DNA of 64,000 bases, from positions 1,952,001 through 2,016,000 of the forward strand of contig CBDBEV010000001.1 of assembly GCA_965204535.1 (NCBI GenBank). The letters run 5' to 3'. Positions 57,924 to 64,000 of this stretch are shown in pieces. Made by a program: the position numbers and the translations under genes. Within the stretch, counting starts at the first letter, position 1, and every line of letters begins with the position of its first letter. The notes below the pieces were generated by a model. The model had not been told where the DNA came from, ran no database searches, and saw only the letters and a program-made list of their open reading frames with translations. Source of the DNA: a bacterium. GTDB taxonomy: Bacteria; UBA8248.

Positions 57924-58948
57924 ACGGCGAAGCAGCGAGAGAGATTAGCGAGTTTGCCCTGATAGAACGCCTGAGAAACAAACTCGGCTCGGTGGGGAAC
58001 AGCGAGGACGTCATCGTCGGCAACGGGGATGATGCGGCCGTCATCAGGGCGGGGGATGGGAAATGCTGGGTCGTGACGTGCGATGCGCAGGTGAGCGGCG
58101 TGCATTTCCCGTCCACGGGGGATGTTTCCGGTTTCGCCGCGGGTTACAAGTCGCTGGCGGTGAACGTGAGCGATGTGGCGGCCATGGGGGGCAGGCCTCG
58201 CTTTGCGCTCATCTCGCTGGGCATACCCGAAAAGACGCCTGTTTCGTTTCTGGATGACGTGTATGGCGGGGTTCGCGCGCTCTCGGAGCAGTACGACATT
58301 TTGGTTCTTGGTGGAAACGTCACGCGGACGAGTGGTCCTTTGTTCGTCGACGTGTTCCTCGTCGGCGAGGTGATGGAGGAGCAGGTGCTTCGCCGAAGCG
58401 GCGCCCACGCGGGGGACCGGATTCTGGTGACGGGATATTTGGGAGATGCCGCAGCGGGACTGCATTTATTATCCGGGTCTCAAACACGAGTCCGGGAAGA
58501 CTTGTATGCCTCGCTCACCCGCGCGCAGCTGGAACCGCAGCCCCGGGTTGCGGAGGGGGTAGTTATCGCGGAATCGGGGTTTGCGACCTCCATGGTGGAC
58601 ATCAGCGATGGTCTGGCGGGCGATATCCGCCACCTGTGTGAGGCGAGCGGGGTAGGCGCGCTCCTCTGGGAATCCGAACTGCCCGTCTCCGGCGAACTGC
58701 TTGAAGCAGCCTCTGTCACCGCGAAAAAGCCCATGGAGTGGGCGCTGCACGGTGGAGAGGACTACGAACTTCTCGTCACGACGCCCCCTGAATTCGTTGG
58801 TGCGCTTCAGGAAGCCCTCCGGCGGGCGGGTGGGGCGCCGCTTACGCCCGTCGGAGAAATCCTGCCGGCCTCACAGGGAATTTCTCTCAAACGCGCAAAC
58901 GGGATTTTTGCGCTGGAAAACTTCGCCTGGGAGCATTTTTCCGCCTGA
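57920..58948 (+). CDS. thiL: Thiamine-monophosphate kinase
   Basis: EFALI, GDDAAV, GVHF, AVNVSDVAAMGG.P, DISDGL..D, GGEDYELL; GTGA overlap with thiE. Confidence 0.95.
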   Translation: MNGEAAREISEFALIERLRNKLGSVGNSEDVIVGNGDDAAVIRAGDGKCWVVTCDAQVSGVHFPSTGDVSGFAAGYKSLAVNVSDVAAMGGRPRFALISLGIPEKTPVSFLDDVYGGVRALSEQYDILVLGGNVTRTSGPLFVDVFLVGEVMEEQVLRRSGAHAGDRILVTGYLGDAAAGLHLLSGSQTRVREDLYASLTRAQLEPQPRVAEGVVIAESGFATSMVDISDGLAGDIRHLCEASGVGALLWESELPVSGELLEAASVTAKKPMEWALHGGEDYELLVTTPPEFVGALQEALRRAGGAPLTPVGEILPASQGISLKRANGIFALENFAWEHFSA

Positions 58949-59209
58949 AAGTTTTCGTCGTGAATGGGTGGCGCACCGCATGAGCCAAGCGTTCCCATTT
59001 TGAGAACTGATCCCCCGCGAGAGCGGGGCCTTGGAGTTTGCCCTTCGCATCGGCCACGTCTGGGAGAACTCGCGAAGACGTTTTTTACTATCATCCCGAT
59101 GCCGGGAAGAGCGCGTAGAATTTCATCAAGATTCCTTGACAGACAGCCCCGCGCCTTTGCACATTCTATACATTCGCAAAAATCTTCTTGGCTTTTACTC
59201 AGGATGGGG

Positions 59210-60454
59210 ATGATGAACGCACAGGGACCATTGAAGGGAATTCGCGTGTTGGACTTGTCCCGAATTCTCGCCGGGCCTTTTTGCACCACGATGCTCTCCG
59301 ATCTGGGTGCGGAAATCTTCAAGCTTGAATCTCCCGGAAACGGCGATGAAACCCGCACCTGGGGTCCTCCGTTCAAGAAAGGAGAAAGTGCCTATTTTTT
59401 GGGTGTGAACCACGGCAAGAAGAGTATCGTGGTCGACCTCAAAAAAAGCGAAGGCCTCGAGGTCGCCCGCGCCATTGCAAAAAAGGTGGACGTGTTTGTC
59501 GAGAATTTTCGCCCCGGCGTCGTGGATCGCCTGGGCGTCGGGTATGAGGCGCTGTCCGCCTTGAACCCCCGACTGATATACGTTTCCGTCTCCGGTTTCG
59601 GGCAGACGGGCCCGTATCGGGAACGCTCGGGTTTTGACATCGTCGGCCAGGCGATGAGCGGCATCATGAGCGCAACGGGCGAACCGGACGGCGGACCTTG
59701 CAAGGCCGGGGTTCCGCTCAGCGACCTCACGGCGGGCATGTGGGCGGCTTACAGCGTAAGCAGCGCATTGTTCGCCAGGGAGAAGACGGGCAGGGGGCAA
59801 TACATCGATCTGTCCCTTCTCGACAGCAGCGTGTCGCTGCTCACGAACCTGAGCGGCTGCTATTTCATGGATGGCAGCATGAGCGAGCGGTGGGGTTCGG
59901 CCCATTTTCAAATCGTCCCCTATCAGGCGCTCAAGGCCAAGGATAAGGAAATCATCATCGGCGTGACGAGTGATCGGTTCTGGGGTTATTTCTGTGACAT
60001 CATCGAGGCTCCTGAGCTGACGAATGACCCGAGGTTCGTCGACATTCCCAACCGCGCGAAAAATCGCGCTCAGCTCATCCCCATATTGGAGCGGTATCTC
60101 TGCAGGCGAAACGGAAATGAATGGCTGAAATTACTGGAGGAAAAAGGGATTCCCTGCGGCCCGGTTTATGATGTCGGCGAAGCGCTCGAGGATGAGCAGG
60201 TTCGCCACAGAGAGATGGTGGTGGAAACGGAACATTCGCTTCTGGGTAAAATGAACACCACCGGTGTTCCCCCAAAATTTTCCGAGCAGCCGGGGAAGGT
60301 GCAAGGGCCGGCTCCTTTGCACGGGGAACATACCCGGGAGATATTGTCGGAACTTCTCCAGTGGAGTGATGAAAGAATAGAAGAGTTGATTCGAGATAAT
60401 GTGGTTTCAGATCCGAAGCCCAGATCGGAGATTGGAATTCCCTTGGAAAATTGA
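59210..60454 (+). CDS. CaiB/BaiF family III CoA-transferase
   Basis: GPLKGIRVLDLSRILAGP, DLGAE, GDETRTWGPPF, KKSIVVDLK, ENFRPG, GFD..QAMSG. Confidence 0.93.
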   Translation: MMNAQGPLKGIRVLDLSRILAGPFCTTMLSDLGAEIFKLESPGNGDETRTWGPPFKKGESAYFLGVNHGKKSIVVDLKKSEGLEVARAIAKKVDVFVENFRPGVVDRLGVGYEALSALNPRLIYVSVSGFGQTGPYRERSGFDIVGQAMSGIMSATGEPDGGPCKAGVPLSDLTAGMWAAYSVSSALFAREKTGRGQYIDLSLLDSSVSLLTNLSGCYFMDGSMSERWGSAHFQIVPYQALKAKDKEIIIGVTSDRFWGYFCDIIEAPELTNDPRFVDIPNRAKNRAQLIPILERYLCRRNGNEWLKLLEEKGIPCGPVYDVGEALEDEQVRHREMVVETEHSLLGKMNTTGVPPKFSEQPGKVQGPAPLHGEHTREILSELLQWSDERIEELIRDNVVSDPKPRSEIGIPLEN

Positions 60455-60472
60455 GGACTCTCGATGAGCGCC

Positions 60473-61630
60473 TCATTTTGCAGACAGCCTTTCTATCAAT
60501 CCCCCGAGCAGCGCGCCTCTTGGCGCGAGCGAATCGAGTTCCAGGTATTCCTCGGCAGTATGCAAATTTCCACCTACGGGTCCCAGGCCGTCGAGAACGG
60601 CAACTCCAAGCGGGGAGAGGTAATTTCCGTCGGAGCCCCCACCGGTGGGGCCGTGCTTGAATTCGACGCCCGCATCCAGGGCGATTTCTGCCGCGATAGA
60701 GAGGAGTTTTTCCGTCCCATGGTTGAATTCCATGGCGGGTCTTCCGCTGATTTTTTGGAATATCGAGCGTGTCCCGTCGATGTGCGATTCGGAAATAATG
60801 CGATGCAGTTCATCCGTCATGGAATCGAGAGTCGCTTGTTGGTCTGCGCGCACTTCAATGTGGCAGGAAGCCTCGTCCGCCACGATGTGCGGCCTGTGCC
60901 CACCCGAAAGACCGGTGATGTTGATGGTCCCGTCTCTCCGTTCCAGGTTTTGGATGGCCACCATTTGGTGGGCGAGTTCGTGCACGGCGCTTCTGCCTTT
61001 TTGAGGTTCTACCCCTGCATGGGCCGAGACGCCGCTGACGAGCAATTTCCCGTAGCAGCTCCCTTTTCTCGAGGATACGATGGAGCCGTTTGCACGGCCG
61101 GACTCGATGATCAATGCCGCGGCGGCGTCTTTGCCGATTCGCTCTATCACTTCCCTCGAAGAGGGATTCCCGCGTTCTTCATCGGTGTCGTATAAGATAC
61201 TGATTTTCCCGAATTCCTCGAATCCTTCGGCCAGTAGCGCCTCCATCGCGAATTGACAAACCACGAGACATCCCTTCATGTCGGCCACCCCGGGGCCGCA
61301 GGCAATCCCGTCTTTTATGGTGAACGGTCTTTGCGCGGCGGTGCCCTCGGAGAAAACGGTGTCGCAATGGCCGATGAGGAATATATGAGGGCCGTCTTTT
61401 CTTACGCCGTGAAACGTCGCCAGAAGGTGGTCCCCCGTTTCATGCGTGCCGGGAATCATCTCTACGTCAGCTCCCATGGCGCGATATTTTTCAGCGAAAT
61501 GGGAGGAGACGGCGTTCGTTCCCTTGCTGGGAAACGTCGGGGAATCGATGCTCACCACGTGGGCGATTTGCTCGATGATTTCCTCTTGTCTGGCTTCAAG
61601 CGCTTTTCTGATGGCGGCCGCGCCGATCAT
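60473..61630 (-). CDS. M20 family metallopeptidase (carboxypeptidase G2-like)
   Basis: GHCDTVF, GPGVADMKG, DEERG, AHAG, GGGSDGN, LDGLGPVGG..HT.EEY. Confidence 0.92.
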   Translation of the reverse strand: MIGAAAIRKALEARQEEIIEQIAHVVSIDSPTFPSKGTNAVSSHFAEKYRAMGADVEMIPGTHETGDHLLATFHGVRKDGPHIFLIGHCDTVFSEGTAAQRPFTIKDGIACGPGVADMKGCLVVCQFAMEALLAEGFEEFGKISILYDTDEERGNPSSREVIERIGKDAAAALIIESGRANGSIVSSRKGSCYGKLLVSGVSAHAGVEPQKGRSAVHELAHQMVAIQNLERRDGTINITGLSGGHRPHIVADEASCHIEVRADQQATLDSMTDELHRIISESHIDGTRSIFQKISGRPAMEFNHGTEKLLSIAAEIALDAGVEFKHGPTGGGSDGNYLSPLGVAVLDGLGPVGGNLHTAEEYLELDSLAPRGALLGGLIERLSAK

Positions 61631-62412
61631 TCGTTTCGCCCCTTGCTGTAAAAATTTCCCGCAACAGAATCTCCCGTGAGCAGGTAATCGTAAATGCCGT
61701 CGGGTACGGCCTCAAATATCGTCTGAGCTTCCTGAAGGGCTTCTTGGGAGGTGCAATGGCTCAGGTAGAGTATCCGCTTTGCGCCTTTGGGAAACCGATT
61801 CGGGTAGCTCTCCGGATGACTCGCCAATCTCGCCAGATGATGTGCGCCGATAACTTCCCCGGCTTCTAAGCCTGCGATGGTGCGAACTTTTTCCATGCGA
61901 TGGACGATTCGCTCATCCGCTCTTCGCCCGATTGCGGCGAGTCCCAGCACGAGTACGCAATGAGTCGCTCCTTGGGGTATGACCGGCTCATCTGGCCCCG
62001 GGGCCTTGATGAGTCGTTTTCTGGCGCCATCGGTTTTCACGACCATCACGCCGTGAAAGCCCGAGGCGCGCAGGGCCTCCACTTGGTTCGCCTCGAGGCC
62101 GCGAAACATGTTCTGGGGCAGTTTTTTCTCTACCCAGACGACGGCGCCGCGCCCCGACCAATCACGGGCGACGGATTGCAGTTCAGCGTGACCCTCCTCG
62201 CTCAACAGCACTGGCGGCGCGTCTTCGCCGCCCAGGGCGTGGAGGTTCGTCGTGCTGGTGATAATGACGGGAAACGGCTCATCCAGCATCTCCCGGATGA
62301 GCCGCTTCATGAGCGTGGCCTTGCCGCCGGCGCCCATGACGCAGACCATGTCTCCGGGGGCGATGTCCATCAGCGGGCGCAGCTTTTGCGAAGAAAATGG
62401 TTCCATGGGCAT
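61627..62412 (-). CDS. yqeC: Selenium cofactor biosynthesis protein YqeC-like
   Basis: MGAGGKATLM, IITSTT, DGARKRLIKAP..DEPVIP, VLGLAAIG..VHR. Confidence 0.75.
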   Translation of the reverse strand: MPMEPFSSQKLRPLMDIAPGDMVCVMGAGGKATLMKRLIREMLDEPFPVIITSTTNLHALGGEDAPPVLLSEEGHAELQSVARDWSGRGAVVWVEKKLPQNMFRGLEANQVEALRASGFHGVMVVKTDGARKRLIKAPGPDEPVIPQGATHCVLVLGLAAIGRRADERIVHRMEKVRTIAGLEAGEVIGAHHLARLASHPESYPNRFPKGAKRILYLSHCTSQEALQEAQTIFEAVPDGIYDYLLTGDSVAGNFYSKGRNE

Positions 62413-62414
62413 CT

Positions 62415-63563
62415 TCAAGCCGCGGCACGATAGATTCTCTCGATGTCCTCGAGCGAGAGCTCTTTGGGATTGCAGCTTAAAAGACGCTCTAGCTTGAAGG
62501 CGGCTTCGGCCAGCTCCGGGATGGCGTGTGCGGGGACGTCCACTTCGCCGAGCCGGGTAGGCACCCCGCAATCGCGACAAAGTTTCTCGACCGCGCTGAC
62601 GGAAAGCCCGGCGGCTTCAGCCGTGGACATGTCATCGATGGATTCGCCCAGGATCCGGGCGATGCGGGCGAACTTCTCAGGCGCAGCGGCGTGGTTTTCC
62701 TTCATGACGTGGGAGAACATCAGAGAATTGCTGACCCCGTGGGGAATATGAAACCGCGAGCCGAGCGGATACGCCAGTGCATGGATGGCGCCCGCCCCGG
62801 CTCCTGCGAGCGCGACGCCGCCATAGTATGAACCCAGGGCCATGTTGGTTCTGGCCTCGATGTCGCTTCCGTCGTCACATACGCGCCTCAATGAGCGGGC
62901 GATGAGTTTCATGCCCTCCAGGCTGTACATCTCGCTCAAGGGCGTGGCGTTTCTGGCCACGTAGGTTTCCAGGCAATGCGTGAAGGCGTCCACACCGGCG
63001 GCGGAGGTGACTTTCGGCGGTGCGGAAAGCGTGAGATTCGGGTCGACGATGGCGGCGAACGGGATGACGTGCGTACTCACGATGGCCAGTTTCACCTGTT
63101 CTTCCGGCACAGAGAAGATGGCGTTGGGTGTGGCCTCGGCGCCCGTTCCACTCGTGGTGGGCGCCAGAATGGTGGAGCGGCCCGGTTTCGGCACGAGTTC
63201 TATGCCCAGATAATCCCTGGGCGCGCCGTCGTTTCCCAGCAGAACGCCGATGGATTTCGCCATGTCCATCGAACTGCCGCCCCCGACCCCGACGACGAGG
63301 TCGAAAGCGCTGTTTTTGAATTCATTATATGCATTTTCGAGATCGCCGATGGCGGGCTCTGGCGGGCACTCATCGTATATCGTTACTTCGACGCCGGCCT
63401 CCTTGAGAGGAGCCAGCGCCATGTCCGCCACGCCTGCGCCTCTCACACCCTTGTCCGTGAAGAAAAGCGCGTTGCGGGCGCCTAAAAACGCCGCTTCATC
63501 CTTGATTTTCGCTATGGTTCCGAGGCCGAACCAGGTTCGTTTCGGGTGGCGTATGCTGTACAT
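62415..63563 (-). CDS. Iron-containing alcohol dehydrogenase
   Basis: VGGGSSMDMAK, PTTSGTGAEAT, IVDP.LT, DAFTH, IHALAYPL...HIPHG. Confidence 0.93.
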   Translation of the reverse strand: MYSIRHPKRTWFGLGTIAKIKDEAAFLGARNALFFTDKGVRGAGVADMALAPLKEAGVEVTIYDECPPEPAIGDLENAYNEFKNSAFDLVVGVGGGSSMDMAKSIGVLLGNDGAPRDYLGIELVPKPGRSTILAPTTSGTGAEATPNAIFSVPEEQVKLAIVSTHVIPFAAIVDPNLTLSAPPKVTSAAGVDAFTHCLETYVARNATPLSEMYSLEGMKLIARSLRRVCDDGSDIEARTNMALGSYYGGVALAGAGAGAIHALAYPLGSRFHIPHGVSNSLMFSHVMKENHAAAPEKFARIARILGESIDDMSTAEAAGLSVSAVEKLCRDCGVPTRLGEVDVPAHAIPELAEAAFKLERLLSCNPKELSLEDIERIYRAAA

Positions 63564-63690
63564 GAGGCGAACTCCTTGCTCGTAAGCTGCTTTATCGGGA
63601 AATCGCTGCTCGGGATGTTTTGAACCCCATGGGTCGGCATTATCCCCATGCGCACGACCGGATGCAACGGATTCGGGGGAATTTCGTGAA

Positions 63691-64000
63691 TCAAGGCTTC
63701 CAGCGGCGGTTCATCAGAAGCCGCCATGCGTTCCGGTAGGCGATGAGCTTTCCGGCGGGCGGGCTGATGTTTCCAAGCACGTTTTCACGGAAAAAGAGCG
63801 TTCTTCCCGCATAGGTCCCCGGATTGGCTGGGGAGGAATCGTTCCCGGCGGTGAAATGCCCCACGCGCGCTTCGAGCAACGCCCGCCATTCGCGGGAGAA
63901 TGTTCCTCCCGGGTCGTAGAGATGATTCTTCCGTGGAATGGTTGCATCGGAGGCAGGCGGATCCTGGGTCAGGGTGAAGAGGAGGCCCGCGTGCCTCAGG
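63691..64000 (-). CDS. Possible C-terminal end of a hypothetical protein running off the window edge
   Basis: Frame stays open from 63999 to the TGA at 63691 (LRHAGLLF...MNRRWKP); no family recognised. Confidence 0.35.
   Translation of the reverse strand, partial: LRHAGLLFTLTQDPPASDATIPRKNHLYDPGGTFSREWRALLEARVGHFTAGNDSSPANPGTYAGRTLFFRENVLGNISPPAGKLIAYRNAWRLLMNRRWKP

Overview
A 64 kb, GC-rich bacterial chromosomal segment, densely coding (about 58 CDS). I recognised no rRNA, tRNA or CRISPR array. Core genes: gatA, gatB, serS, thiE, thiL, malQ and a degP-like protease. Catabolic and redox genes: a Dpp/Opp ABC module, two Gfo/Idh/MocA oxidoreductases, acyl-CoA dehydrogenase, M24 and M20 peptidases, a family III CoA-transferase, a Mo-hydroxylase large subunit, cytochrome c' and a pentahaem cytochrome c. 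Accessory loci that stand out: (1) an AhpD/CMD-family protein that the ORF track splits in two; it reads as one 199-aa selenoprotein candidate with two in-frame TGA codons forming a UxxU motif, followed by a SECIS-like hairpin (56488-57087), with yqeC nearby. (2) A minimal NHLP (proteusin-type) RiPP locus: a Trp-containing, Cys-free precursor plus one uncharacterised enzyme that may be an ABBA-fold prenyltransferase (27361-28941). (3) A partner-switching signalling cluster (REC, REC-PP2C, RsbW-like, orphan solute-binding protein, TorS-like kinase, STAS) next to an NCS2 permease fused to a degenerate RsbW-like domain, a candidate transceptor (18162-26945). (4) An AT-richer islet with an HD dNTPase and a YwgA/Panacea-like gene (9894-11758). 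(5) A type I R-M locus whose HsdS is fused to an MNT antitoxin domain behind a HEPN gene, flanked by a Phd-VapC pair and a MITE/REPIN-like element. Many starts were moved from the ORF track to downstream codons with an RBS. Family calls come from recognising motifs by eye, not from database searches.
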